DNA of 64,000 bases from Marinilabilia sp. (lineage in GTDB: Bacteria; Bacteroidota; Bacteroidia; Bacteroidales; Marinilabiliaceae), in assembly GCA_046483585.1 (NCBI GenBank), contig JAWOCV010000117.1, positions 17,686 to 81,685 on the forward strand, given 5' to 3'. Shown one piece after another: positions 50,000 to 60,900 of the stretch. The stretch's first letter is position 1. The number at the start of each line of letters is the position of its first letter. The notes beneath the pieces were generated by a model. That model was not told where the DNA came from and made no database searches. It worked only from the letters and a program-made list of their open reading frames with translations. The translations under genes and the position numbers were made by a program.

Positions 50000-51409
50000 T
50001 TACCAGAATTTTATTTTAACGGCTGCAAACGCTGCCATTTTTAATAAAATAAGACCGTGAGAAAAACGGCTGATGTTGGTGCTTCCATACTTCCGCTCCC
50101 GGTACCGGACGGGCAGGTCGATGATCTTGAGATTGATTTTATAGGCCCCGAAAAGCAGGTCGAAATCCCCGAAAGGATCAAACTCCCCGAAGAAAGGCCT
50201 GTTTTGGGCCAGTCGCTGATAATCGCAGCGGAACATGACTTTTGTTCCGCAAAGAGTGTCTTTTACCGGTTGTTCCAGAAGCCATGAAAAGAGAATGCTG
50301 AAGAAATAATTCCCCACAGTATTAAGTGGGCGCATAGCGTTTTTTTCCATGGGATAGACCAACCGGACCCCGTTGATGAAATCGCCCTTGTAAAAGGTGA
50401 GGGCCTGGTAAAAACGGGGGAGGTATTCAGGTGGAACGGTCAGGTCGGCGTCCAGAATCATTAAAACCTCCCCGTTGGCTGCATTGAAACCTGCCCTAAC
50501 CGCGTCTCCCTTCCCTTTTCCCGGTTGCTGCAGGGCCTTGATGTCATGCCAATGACGGTATCTTTCCTTTATTTTCCGGATGACTTCCCATGTGTTGTCG
50601 TCTGAATTTCCCTCGACGAAAATGATCTCTACATGCTCTCCAAAGTGCGGAATTCGTCTGACGGCTTCTTCGATGTTCCCGGCTTCATTCCGTGCCGGGA
50701 TGACCACCGATGTTGTGAACGGTTTTTCCATTTCCTGAAAATGGGGGGCAGGACGGGCAAAAATATAACTGTTGAGACTGAGATGACGGATGAGAGGGAG
50801 CCTGGAGATAATGTGATTAAAAAGCCATGAGATAACTGGAATCCTGACAGGGATCAATAAATTTTTGGTCATCCGGTAGGTTTCGAAACCTGTCAGATAG
50901 AGCAGGTTTTTCAGGTCATTGGTCGAAAGCCAGTTCTGAATAGGGGTTTTTCGTTTTATACCAAGCCATTCGGCCAGTTTGAGAAAGGGCTCCCAAAGTC
51001 TGTTGTAGTAGGTTATGATGATGCGGCTCCCCGGATGAACGATTTTGTTGAGTTGGTTAAAAGCGGATTCCACATCGGGTAATACCCCCACCAGGTTTGA
51101 CATGATGATGGTATCGAATTGTTCGGTGAGGGTAATATTTTCAGCCGGCATTTCAGAAAAACGGATGCCCGGAAATTGAGTTTTGGCCCGGCTAATCATT
51201 TCAGCACTGAAATCTATGCCGGTTTTTTTGGTTGCATCCAGATCATTTAATAATTCACCTGTGGCACAGCCTATTTCCAGGACTTTATGATCTTTCGGGA
51301 TAAAATAGTTGCAATAACGGGTGATGCTGTTCCAGTAATACGCATGTTTTTTCCGGTAACTGCACCAGCTGCTGGCGACCCTGTTGTAATAGTTGAGAAT
51401 CTGCTCCAT
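50000..51409 (-). CDS. Class I SAM-methyltransferase-like domain fused to a GT2 (polyprenol-phosphate glycosyltransferase-like) domain
   Basis: VLEIGCATG motif I; VVIPARNE, VEGNSDD, GKGDAV, ILDADL (DxD), DTLCGTK. Confidence 0.82.
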   Translation of the reverse strand: MEQILNYYNRVASSWCSYRKKHAYYWNSITRYCNYFIPKDHKVLEIGCATGELLNDLDATKKTGIDFSAEMISRAKTQFPGIRFSEMPAENITLTEQFDTIIMSNLVGVLPDVESAFNQLNKIVHPGSRIIITYYNRLWEPFLKLAEWLGIKRKTPIQNWLSTNDLKNLLYLTGFETYRMTKNLLIPVRIPVISWLFNHIISRLPLIRHLSLNSYIFARPAPHFQEMEKPFTTSVVIPARNEAGNIEEAVRRIPHFGEHVEIIFVEGNSDDNTWEVIRKIKERYRHWHDIKALQQPGKGKGDAVRAGFNAANGEVLMILDADLTVPPEYLPRFYQALTFYKGDFINGVRLVYPMEKNAMRPLNTVGNYFFSILFSWLLEQPVKDTLCGTKVMFRCDYQRLAQNRPFFGEFDPFGDFDLLFGAYKINLKIIDLPVRYRERKYGSTNISRFSHGLILLKMAAFAAVKIKFW

Positions 51410-51415
51410 GATCGG

Positions 51416-53083
51416 TTATTGGTTTTCGGCTTCCGGGCGCTCAGGCCATTTGTCATAATTGATCCTGTAAAGCAGGGCAGGTTCGTCTTCTCCAAATTTC
51501 TTTACGGGTGAGAATATTTCAGGATAGGCATCTGCAATAATACTCATATATCTGTGAATGGTATTGATGACTTGTCCTGTGTTTTCTCTGGGATTTTTGC
51601 GGAGTGAAGCGACCATGATATGGGTTATATCCCGCTCGTAAAGTCTTGTGAGAAGCGAATCGGGATCGTTGCTTTCGAAACGGTAAATGCCGTAAAATTC
51701 CTTGCCGTCCGCATAGAGCCTGGCCATATTGGGTTTGCGACAGGCCACATAACTGTCATCAGGCAATTCGTCCCCGGCATATTCAGCCATTTGAAGATAA
51801 TTTTGCCAATCGGGCGTATAACCATAATAACGGTCGCCTGAAAGATTCTTGAAGATGGCTGTAAAGTCATTTTGTTTAATGGTTTGGGCTGAAACCAACA
51901 ATGTACTTATTAACATGACACCAATCAGTGCCTTCTGTTTCCATGCATGCCTGCTACCCGAAACAAAAGAGGCTATGGTTTCTCCCAGAAAAAGCACCAT
52001 AAAAGGGAAGAAAGGAATGATCAGTCGCACCTGGTCCCATAAGGTCTGGAGTGAAAAAAAAGTAACCCCAAGCATAAATGCCAGATAAAGGCCTGTGAAT
52101 AGAAGAGGATCGTTCCTTTTTTTCAGGAAACGGATGAAACCGGCCAGAAAAAAAATGTACAGAAGAATGGTGACCACCGGTTGTTTGGACAGGGACATAG
52201 CCGGTTTGAAACCTGTCAGAATGGGGAAATATTTCGAAAGGTATATGTTTGAATTGCCTGCAAACCGTTCCAGAAAACCACCAAAACTCTCTTTCCCCTC
52301 CGATTCGTCGTAAGGGTTCTCCCACATGAGCGTGCTCATCTGCTCACTCTCTAAAACTGCTCCTTCGCTCAGCCATGATTTAACGCCGGTAAACATTGCT
52401 GCAAAGAGAATGAGGAACAATGCCGTGGTAAGGGCAGACCGGTATTGACGTTTCAGGATCAGGAAAATGATCACTGACGGTAAAGCTGCAATGGCAACAG
52501 TTCTGGTAACGATCATACCGAAAAGCAGCAAGGCCAGAATCAATGAATGAATATGTTTTACCCGCCCCCCGTTAGTTATATCAATGGTATGGAACACATA
52601 TAAGAAAAATATGCCTTGTAAGAGCATAAAAAAAGCTTCGGAATAAGTCTGGCTCCCGAAGTAAAGAAAATGATGATTTACGATAAGAATGAGTAATGTG
52701 CCCCACAGAACAATGTTTGAAACCCTTTTGTGAAACGTGCGGAAAAACAGTAAAAGGGCCAGCGTGAGAAACACCCATGAGGTGATTTTCAGGAGGATGA
52801 TGCTGGTTCCGGACAGGGCAATGACCCCGGCCAGAATAATTGGATAAAAAGGCCCCTGATATTTGGGAAATTTTCCTTCTTCCAGCAAGTCCAGAGCTCT
52901 TATGATATAGGTGCTGTCGTCGCCCCCCTCGCTGATGCGGACATTAAATGTAAAAAAGCTGGTTATGACGTAAATGGCAAAAACCAATATCAAAAGAATG
53001 GTATGGTTTCGCTCCAGAAAATCACAGGCTCTTTCCCGGAATTCCGGATTTGTTGTCTGGTCTTTTTTTCTGCGTTTTTTCAT
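51416..53083 (-). CDS. GT-C fold membrane glycosyltransferase (ArnT/PMT-like)
   Basis: First TM followed by GDDSTY acidic loop, YPIIL, SEAFF, about 11 TMs and a periplasmic tail. Confidence 0.7.
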   Translation of the reverse strand: MKKRRKKDQTTNPEFRERACDFLERNHTILLILVFAIYVITSFFTFNVRISEGGDDSTYIIRALDLLEEGKFPKYQGPFYPIILAGVIALSGTSIILLKITSWVFLTLALLLFFRTFHKRVSNIVLWGTLLILIVNHHFLYFGSQTYSEAFFMLLQGIFFLYVFHTIDITNGGRVKHIHSLILALLLFGMIVTRTVAIAALPSVIIFLILKRQYRSALTTALFLILFAAMFTGVKSWLSEGAVLESEQMSTLMWENPYDESEGKESFGGFLERFAGNSNIYLSKYFPILTGFKPAMSLSKQPVVTILLYIFFLAGFIRFLKKRNDPLLFTGLYLAFMLGVTFFSLQTLWDQVRLIIPFFPFMVLFLGETIASFVSGSRHAWKQKALIGVMLISTLLVSAQTIKQNDFTAIFKNLSGDRYYGYTPDWQNYLQMAEYAGDELPDDSYVACRKPNMARLYADGKEFYGIYRFESNDPDSLLTRLYERDITHIMVASLRKNPRENTGQVINTIHRYMSIIADAYPEIFSPVKKFGEDEPALLYRINYDKWPERPEAENQ

Positions 53084-53671
53084 GATCAGAATGGTAAGGG
53101 GTGTTGGATGATCAAAATTAATAACTTAATCAAAACAGGCGACAGGAGCGGCCATTTTTTTGCCATTCTGCCGAAATATGGATGTCCGGGCTTTGGTATG
53201 AACCTTTTCTTTTTCTGCATGTTTTAATATTTGTGTTTAAGGGTTTGAAGTGTTCTGTGCAACAAATTTGGAAAAACAGAGAAGGATGAATACATTTGTC
53301 CTTGATTTAAGCTGCCTGTGAAGGCAGAACATCCTTCCATATTTGTATGTTGCAGAAAAGAGATAAGCAGGAATTTTGATGGTTCAGTTTTAATACACAT
53401 TGAGTTGGTCTGAGGAGTTTGGGGATTTTCGGCCGGTGGGATTGTCTGTGATTGATTTATAAACAAAAAACTGCTTGACATTAATGAGCCATATTGCTTA
53501 ATTTTATTTCGGGTAATCAGAAAATTAACTTCTCAGGGCTGGAGAACATAAGTTTTACAGCAAAGCACATTTCGTTGCATTACTTGCAAATCTGGTATTG
53601 CAGCTTGTTTGTCCGAAATTTTTGTAATGCTTATTAAATTAACCAGATAATACGTTTAATTTTAAATTAAA

Positions 53672-54826
53672 TTGATCATGAGAAAATTAATTTTTACATT
53701 TTTAGCTATTGCAGGTCTTCTGAGCCAGGGAATTGTAAATGCTCAGGAAGATGGAGAAGATTATGTGGATTTTGGAGGTGCCGTGAGGTACAACATCCTG
53801 AACCAAAGCTGGAGTGATGACAAGACCGATCCCCAGTTTACATGGGATACCTGGCGTCTGAACGTAGACGCCCGCACTGCCGGAGTGGATTTGAGTTTTG
53901 AGTATCGCTTTTATCCAACTTCCGGAAATTCTCACTTCCTTCATCATGGTTGGCTGGGATATGGCTTTAGTGATGACCTTTATATGAAACTCGGAGTGAG
54001 TCAGGTGCCTTTTGGCATTACGTCATTTGCTTCCAATTCATGGTGGTTTCAGATTCCATATTATGTAGGTCTTGAAGACGATTATGATATGGGAATTAAA
54101 TTTGATTATACGGGAATTGATAATCTGGAACTCAATTTTGCCTATTTTCATCAAGCTGAACCCAATGGCGGTGTAAGTTCCGGATTAGACCCCAATGCAT
54201 CGCGTTATTCGTATGACATTACGGGATTTGAAGATGGTGATGCAGTCATGCGGGAAGGACGGCAAATAAACCTCAGGGCAGCATATAATTTGACTGATGA
54301 TGTTGAGGTTGGCTTATCAGGTCAGTTTGGAAAGAATTTTTACGGCGAAAATAATGAAGATTCTGAAAGTTCTAACGCACTTGCGGCCCATTTGGTAGCT
54401 GATTTTGGTGATGGATTTAATTTCAAAGGTGAATACATCTCCTATGATTATGGTGCCAAAGAGGGTGGAGATGATGTTGATGTTGTTCAAATGGGGGCTT
54501 ACGGATATAATTACAACGTAGCTGCTAAAGCCGACATCTGGGTTGCCGGCCTCGCCTATTCCATTCCTGTGGAATGGGGGCCCATTTCTAATGTACAGCC
54601 CTATGTAGATTATTCGGTTATTTCAAAAGATGTTTCTAACTTTGAATCTAGTCAGCATCTTGTTCCTGGTATGCTTATCACAGCCGGCAGCATTTATACT
54701 TATGTCGACTATGCCATGGGTAAGAACAATGCCTGGTTAGGATCATGGACCAACGGCTTAGCTGCCGGAGATCCTGATGCTGAATGGGAAAGCCGATTCA
54801 ATATTAACATCGGCTATTATTTCTAA
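53672..54826 (+). CDS. Outer-membrane porin-like protein heading the betaine ABC operon
   Basis: Signal peptide, beta-strand pattern, terminal NINIGYYF; 21 bp upstream of proV. Confidence 0.75.
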   Translation: MIMRKLIFTFLAIAGLLSQGIVNAQEDGEDYVDFGGAVRYNILNQSWSDDKTDPQFTWDTWRLNVDARTAGVDLSFEYRFYPTSGNSHFLHHGWLGYGFSDDLYMKLGVSQVPFGITSFASNSWWFQIPYYVGLEDDYDMGIKFDYTGIDNLELNFAYFHQAEPNGGVSSGLDPNASRYSYDITGFEDGDAVMREGRQINLRAAYNLTDDVEVGLSGQFGKNFYGENNEDSESSNALAAHLVADFGDGFNFKGEYISYDYGAKEGGDDVDVVQMGAYGYNYNVAAKADIWVAGLAYSIPVEWGPISNVQPYVDYSVISKDVSNFESSQHLVPGMLITAGSIYTYVDYAMGKNNAWLGSWTNGLAAGDPDAEWESRFNINIGYYF

Positions 54827-54847
54827 AATGCACATAACTCAAAGCTA

Positions 54848-56074
54848 ATGAGTAAAATTGAAGTTAAAGACCTGTACCTGATCTTTGGGAACAACGCCAA
54901 ACGAGCTTTGGAACTCGTGAAAAAGGGGATGTCCAAAGACGAGGTTTTGCATAAGACCAAATGTACACTTGCGGTCAAGAACAATAACTTCTCCATTGAA
55001 CAGGGTGAAATTTTTGTAGTGATGGGACTTTCCGGCAGCGGAAAGTCCTCACTCATTCGTTGTTTAAACCGTCTCAACGAACCGACAGCCGGTTCTGTTA
55101 TTTTAAGTGGAAAGGATGTCACCAGGATGGATGAAAACGAACTGAGGGAACTTCGTCGCAGTGCGATGTCAATGGTGTTCCAGCATTTCGGATTGATGCC
55201 CCACCGGACGGTTCTTTCCAATACTGCATTTGGACTTGAGATACAGGGAAAGCCGGAAGAGGAGAGTTACGAAAAAGCTCGTGAGATGCTGAAGACCGTT
55301 GGGCTTGGTGGTTATGAAGATATGATGACCAGGGAGCTCAGTGGTGGTATGCAGCAGCGTGTTGGACTGGCCAGAGCATTGACCACCAATCCTGAGATAT
55401 TGCTTATGGATGAGGCCTTCAGTGCTCTTGACCCGCTCATTCGTGTTCAGATGCAGGACGAACTGATCGAACTTCAGCGAAAGATGCAGAAAACCATTGT
55501 TTTCATCACCCACGATCTGGATGAAGCACTAAAGCTTGGTGACCGTATAGCCATTATGAAAGATGGTGAGATCGTACAGATCGGAACGCCGGAGGAAATT
55601 CTTGTGAAACCTGCTGATGATTACGTGAAAGCATTTGTTGAAAATGTTGACCGGGGTAAAATTGTTACCGCTTCCAGTATTATGTTTAAAGACACAGGCA
55701 AGCTTGTTTTGGAGAAAGACGGACCTGCCCTTGCTCTGCGCCGCATGAGAGAATTCGGTGTGAACCGTCTTCCGGTGGTCGACCGTAACAACGTGTTCCT
55801 TGGTTTTGTAATGGACCATGATGTGGTGGAATTAAAAAAGAAAGATGACCGCGATCTCAAAAAGATACTGATCTCAGATGTAATGCCCAAAGTGTCACCC
55901 GACACCCCGGCGGCCGATTTATTGCCCATGTTTATTGACAAACAGCTGCCATTGCCTGTTGTTGATGAAGAGGACCGGTTGCTGGGCGTTGCGGTACATT
56001 CCTCTGTCATTGCCGAAGTTACTGGCCGCGATTTGGATGAAGTTATTGAACTAAAAAACAAGGGAGGCATTTGA
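54848..56074 (+). CDS. proV: Glycine betaine/proline ABC transporter ATPase with CBS domains
   Basis: GLSGSGKS, LSGGMQQRV, LLMDEAFSALDPLIR, C-terminal CBS pair. Confidence 0.93.
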   Translation: MSKIEVKDLYLIFGNNAKRALELVKKGMSKDEVLHKTKCTLAVKNNNFSIEQGEIFVVMGLSGSGKSSLIRCLNRLNEPTAGSVILSGKDVTRMDENELRELRRSAMSMVFQHFGLMPHRTVLSNTAFGLEIQGKPEEESYEKAREMLKTVGLGGYEDMMTRELSGGMQQRVGLARALTTNPEILLMDEAFSALDPLIRVQMQDELIELQRKMQKTIVFITHDLDEALKLGDRIAIMKDGEIVQIGTPEEILVKPADDYVKAFVENVDRGKIVTASSIMFKDTGKLVLEKDGPALALRRMREFGVNRLPVVDRNNVFLGFVMDHDVVELKKKDDRDLKKILISDVMPKVSPDTPAADLLPMFIDKQLPLPVVDEEDRLLGVAVHSSVIAEVTGRDLDEVIELKNKGGI

Positions 56075-56075
56075 T

Positions 56076-56948
56076 ATGGAAAAACTTAATATTGGAAGAT
56101 TCATAGAAGGAGCCATTGATACAATTACCGATCATGCCGGACCACTTCTTGACGGGATTGCTTACGTTATCAGGTTTTTGGTTGACAACTTTCAGGATTT
56201 GTTACTGGCACCACCGTCTTGGGTGATCATGATCATAATGGCCTTCATTGCCTATATTGTGCAGGGGGGAGGTTACAAACGTGCCTTTACCAAAAAGGGT
56301 TTCAACAAAGCCTTTGGGCTGGCCATATTTACCGTGGCAGGTTTGTTCCTGTTGTTGTGGATGGATTTTTGGGAGGAAACGATGCAAACACTTGCTTTGG
56401 TCATTGTTTCAGCATTTCTCGCCCTGTTGATCGGAATTCCGGTTGGGATCTGGGCCTCACGCAGCTCTAAAGTTGATCAGGTGGTTCGTCCCATTCTCGA
56501 CTTCATGCAGACCATGCCGGCCTTTGTTTACCTTATCCCCGCCATTCTGTTCTTTTCGTTAGGGAATGTTCCGGGTGTCGTTGCCACACTGGTTTTTTCC
56601 CTGCCTCCCGGCGTGAGACTTACCAATCTCGGTATCAGGGGCGTTCAGCCCGATGTAGTAGAGGCTGCCAAAGCTTTTGGTAGTACCAAGCGACAGCTTC
56701 TGTACAAAGTGCAGATCCCTCTGGCCATGCCGACCATTCTTGCCGGTGTTAACCAGGTGATCATGCTGGCCCTTTCCATGGTGGTTATTGCTTCAATGGT
56801 TGGTGCTGCAGGCCTTGGAGAACGTGTTTATTCAGGAATTTTGCAGGCAAAAGTTGGCCTTGGCTTTGAAGCGGGGCTGGGAATTGTAATTCTGGCCATT
56901 ATTCTGGACCGTGTGACCCAGGCATTGGGTGACCTCGGAAAAAAATAA
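56076..56948 (+). CDS. proW: Glycine betaine/proline ABC transporter permease
   Basis: RPILDFMQTMPAFVYLIP, EAA loop, GVNQVIMLALSMVV. Confidence 0.93.
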   Translation: MEKLNIGRFIEGAIDTITDHAGPLLDGIAYVIRFLVDNFQDLLLAPPSWVIMIIMAFIAYIVQGGGYKRAFTKKGFNKAFGLAIFTVAGLFLLLWMDFWEETMQTLALVIVSAFLALLIGIPVGIWASRSSKVDQVVRPILDFMQTMPAFVYLIPAILFFSLGNVPGVVATLVFSLPPGVRLTNLGIRGVQPDVVEAAKAFGSTKRQLLYKVQIPLAMPTILAGVNQVIMLALSMVVIASMVGAAGLGERVYSGILQAKVGLGFEAGLGIVILAIILDRVTQALGDLGKK

Positions 56949-57020
56949 AATATATAGCCCTATAAATTTGCCTTTTACAATATTTTTGTTGAATTTTATT
57001 CGACAAATCGAACCTTAAAA

Positions 57021-57899
57021 ATGAAAATGCTTATGAAACGTAACATGAAAAGAATTATCAATCTGAGCCTTGCTGCTGCTGTAATGGTAGCTGTGGTTTC
57101 CTGTGCAGGCCCCAAAGAGGAAAAAGAAGTCTTTATTCCTTATCCCAACTGGGAAGAGGGCATTGCTATGACACACCTTGCGAAAGTGTTTCTTGACCAG
57201 AACGGGTATGATGTAGAGATCAAACCTATTGAGCCCGGGCCTATTTATGCTTCCCTTTCCAAAGGCGATGCAGATTTGTTCCTGGATGCATGGTTGCCTC
57301 ATACCCATGAAGAGTACTGGGAACGTTACGGCGAAGATATTGATGAGATAGGCATCGCTTTTGACGACGGAACCACCGGTCTCGTTGTGCCGGATTATGT
57401 TGACATCGAGTCAATTGAAGATCTCAATGACCATGTGGATGAGTTTGATGGTGAGATCATCGGTATCGGAAGTGGTGCAGGTATTCACAAGAATACCCTG
57501 AAAGCCATTGAAGAGTATGAACTTGAGGAATTTAAGCAGGTGAGCTCTTCAGGACCGGCCATGGTTGCTGCACTTGAAAAAGCTGTCAAGGATGAAGAAT
57601 GGATTGTTATTACAGGCTGGAAACCTCACTTTAAGTGGAACAATTTCGACCTGAAATATCTGGAAGATCCCAAGGAAATTTATCCTAAAGACGAAATGAG
57701 GATACTTTCGCGTAAAGGCTTTACCGAAGAATTTCCGGATCTGAAGGAATTTTTTGCCAACTTTCAGTTTGAAGAAGAAAAGCTTTATGAGCTGATGGAA
57801 GATGTGAGCGATGCGGATGATCCACTCGTTGGTGCCGAGAAATTCTACCAGGATAACAAAGAAATGGTTGACGGATGGTTCCCCAAAGAGGTGGAGTAA
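57021..57899 (+). CDS. proX: Glycine betaine ABC substrate-binding lipoprotein
   Basis: Lipobox VVSC, NWEEG, AWLPHTH, TGWKPHFKW. Start may be a few codons later. Confidence 0.9.
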   Translation: MKMLMKRNMKRIINLSLAAAVMVAVVSCAGPKEEKEVFIPYPNWEEGIAMTHLAKVFLDQNGYDVEIKPIEPGPIYASLSKGDADLFLDAWLPHTHEEYWERYGEDIDEIGIAFDDGTTGLVVPDYVDIESIEDLNDHVDEFDGEIIGIGSGAGIHKNTLKAIEEYELEEFKQVSSSGPAMVAALEKAVKDEEWIVITGWKPHFKWNNFDLKYLEDPKEIYPKDEMRILSRKGFTEEFPDLKEFFANFQFEEEKLYELMEDVSDADDPLVGAEKFYQDNKEMVDGWFPKEVE

Positions 57900-57920
57900 T
57901 AACAGAGTCAATCTGGATAC

Positions 57921-57958
57921 AAAAAAACCGGAGCTTCTCAGAAGCCTCCGGTTTTTTT
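57921..57958. terminator. Bidirectional terminator between proX and carB
   Basis: A7-CCGGAG..CTCCGG-T7. Confidence 0.9.
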
Positions 57959-57976
57959 GTGTTGTTTTTTTATTTC

Positions 57977-60900
57977 TTAGCGATACTCATTCCAGCTCTT
58001 AATGGAAATGTCGCTGATTTCCATTTTGCAAAAAGCATAAATGAAAGCGCTTGCCAACCTTGCATTTGTGATGAGGGGGATGTTGAAATCGATGGCATTT
58101 CGCCGGATTTTGTATCCGTTCCGTAATTCACCTTTGCTCAGGTTTTTGGGGATGTTTACTACCAGATCGATCTTCTTATCCCGGATATAATCAAGTGTAT
58201 TTGGTTTTTGATCGGGTTCATCGGGCCAGTGCAGCCAGGTTGATTCTATGCCGTTTTCTTTCAGAAATTTGTGAGTGCCTGCCGTGGCATAAATATTATA
58301 TCCTTTTTCTATCAGCATTTGTGCACTCTGGAGCATTTCTACTTTACTCCTGAGCGGACCCGAGGACAACAGAACATTCTTTTTGGGGATGGTGTATCCT
58401 ACGGCCAGCATAGACTGCAACACTGCATCATAATAGTTGTCCCCGATGCATCCCACTTCCCCTGTTGAGGCCATGTCCACACCCAATACAGGGTCGGCAT
58501 TCAAAAGCCTGGAGAAAGAGAATTGTGGGGCTTTTATGCCAACATAGTCTAACTCAAAAATGCTCTTTTCTGGTTTTTCGACCGGCAGACCAAGCATAAC
58601 ACGGGTGGCAATATCAATGAGGTTTACCTTCAGGACTTTCGAAACAAAGGGAAAACTTCTGGATGCTCTCAGGTTACATTCAATGACTTTGATGTCGTTG
58701 TCCTTGGCAAGCAACTGCATGTTGAAGGGTCCCGAAATGTTGAGGGCCCGGGCAATTTCACGCGCAATGCGTTTCACACGCCGGATGGTCTCGATGTAAA
58801 GTTTTTGTGGCGGAAATACAATGGTTGCATCGCCTGAGTGTACCCCTGCGAATTCAATGTGCTCTGATATGGCATAAGCGATCATTTCACCCTCTCTGGC
58901 CACGGCATCGATCTCGATCTCTTTGGCTTGTTGGATGAATTCGGAAACCACCACCGGATATTGTTTTGAAACATTGACAGCCAGTTCCAGGAAATGTTCC
59001 AGCTCTTCCTCGTTGGAGACAATGTTCATGGCAGCTCCTGAAAGCACATATGAAGGACGTACCAGTACGGGATAACCCACTTCATCGATGAATTTATATA
59101 TCTCTTCTGTGGAAGTCAGCTCGCTCCAGCGGGGCTGGTCAACATTTAACGTGTCCAGAAGGGAAGAGAATTTCTGACGGTTCTCGGCACGGTCAATATT
59201 TTCGGGTGATGTCCCCAGGATGGGCACGTGGGTTTTGTGCAACCGCATGGCCAGATTGTTGGGAATCTGACCGCCGACCGATACGATCACCCCCTTGGGA
59301 TTCTCCAGATCGGTTACATCAAGAACGCGTTCAAGGGTTAGCTCGTCGAAAAAGAGACGATCGCAGACATCGTAATCAGTACTGACCGTTTCGGGATTAT
59401 AATTGATCATCACCGAACGGTAATTTTGCTGATTGATGGTGTCGATGGCATTGACACTGCACCAGTCGAATTCCACACTAGATCCGATCCGGTAAGCTCC
59501 CGAGCCTAATACAACCACAGAATTGCCGTCGTTCTCGAATGTCACATCGTGGTATTCCCCGTTATAGGTCATGTAGAGGTAGTTGATCTTCGCCGGAAAT
59601 TCTCCGGCCATGGTATCGATCTGTTTCACGACGGGGAGAATACCTCTTTCTTTACGGTGTTGGCGTACCTTCATGAGGGCCTCTTCCATATCGGCATCAT
59701 TGGGATCGGAAATGATGCGGGCCACCTGAAAGTCGCTGTATCCCATTTGCTTGGCCGAACGCAGAAGTTCGTCGGGAACTTCTCCGATGGTTTTGTACTC
59801 CGTGAGCTCGTTTTTAAGGTCGATGATGTTTTTCAGTTTTTCGAGAAACCACTTGTCGATTTTGGTGAGCTCATGTACTTCATCAACCGTAGTGCCGTTC
59901 TGAAGTGCCTCAGAAATGGCAAAGATGCGCTGATCGGTTGGTTCGGCCAGCTCCGTTTCCAGGACGATTTCTTTCAGGGCCTGATTGGCCACAAAACCGT
60001 GCATCCCTTGTCCTACCATTCGGAGTCCTTTTTGTATGGCCTCTTCAAAGGACCGCCCGATGGCCATAATCTCCCCAACGCTTTTCATGCTTGACCCGAT
60101 CTGTTTGGAAACGCCGGTGAATTTGTTCAGATCCCAGCGCGGTATCTTACAGACAATATAGTCGAGGGCAGGTTCGAAAAAGGCGGGAGTCGTTTTGGTT
60201 ACTGAGTTTTTCAGTTCGAAAAGTCCGTAGCCCAAACCCAGTTTAGCGGCAACAAAAGCCAGCGGATAACCGGTTGCCTTTGAGGCCAGGGCACTCGAGC
60301 GCGAAAGCCGCGCATTGACTTCAATTACACGATAATCTTCGGAGTAGGGATCCAGGGTGTACTGTACATTGCATTCACCCACCACACCGATGTGGCGGAT
60401 GATTTTGATGGCCAGTTCGCGTAGCTTATGGTATTCGGTGTTGGTAAGCGTCTGCGATGGAGCGACTACGATGCTTTCCCCGGTATGAATGCCCAGGGGA
60501 TCGAAGTTTTCCATGTTACAAACGGTGATGCAATTATCATAGGCGTCACGTACCACTTCATATTCCACCTCTTTCCAGCCTTTCAGGGATTCCTCGATCA
60601 AAAGCTGTTTGGAATACGAAAGGGCATTGTCGGCCCTCTTGATGAGTTCTTCTTCGTTGGAACAAAAACCGCTGCCCATACCACCGAGTGTGTAGGCAGC
60701 CCGGATAATGACAGGGTATCCCATCTTCCCGGCGGCTTTTACGGCATCCTTTACTGAGGTTACAGCCACACTTTTCGGGGTTTTGACATCAATCTCACCC
60801 AACTTCCCGGCAAAAATTTCGCGATCTTCGGTGTCTATGATAGCTTGTATGGGCGTTCCAAGAACTTCCAGATTGTATTTTTCGAGTATGCCCTGCTCAA

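Noticed and set aside
53281-53340. SAM-II or c-di-AMP riboswitch upstream of the betaine operon
   Set aside because: A hairpin (GAAGGATG..CATCCTTC) and TGATTTAA are present, but the other conserved elements of either family are absent.
53475-53503. E. coli-type TTGACA promoter
   Set aside because: No acceptable -10 at 16-18 bp spacing, and Bacteroidota primary sigma uses TAnnTTTG.
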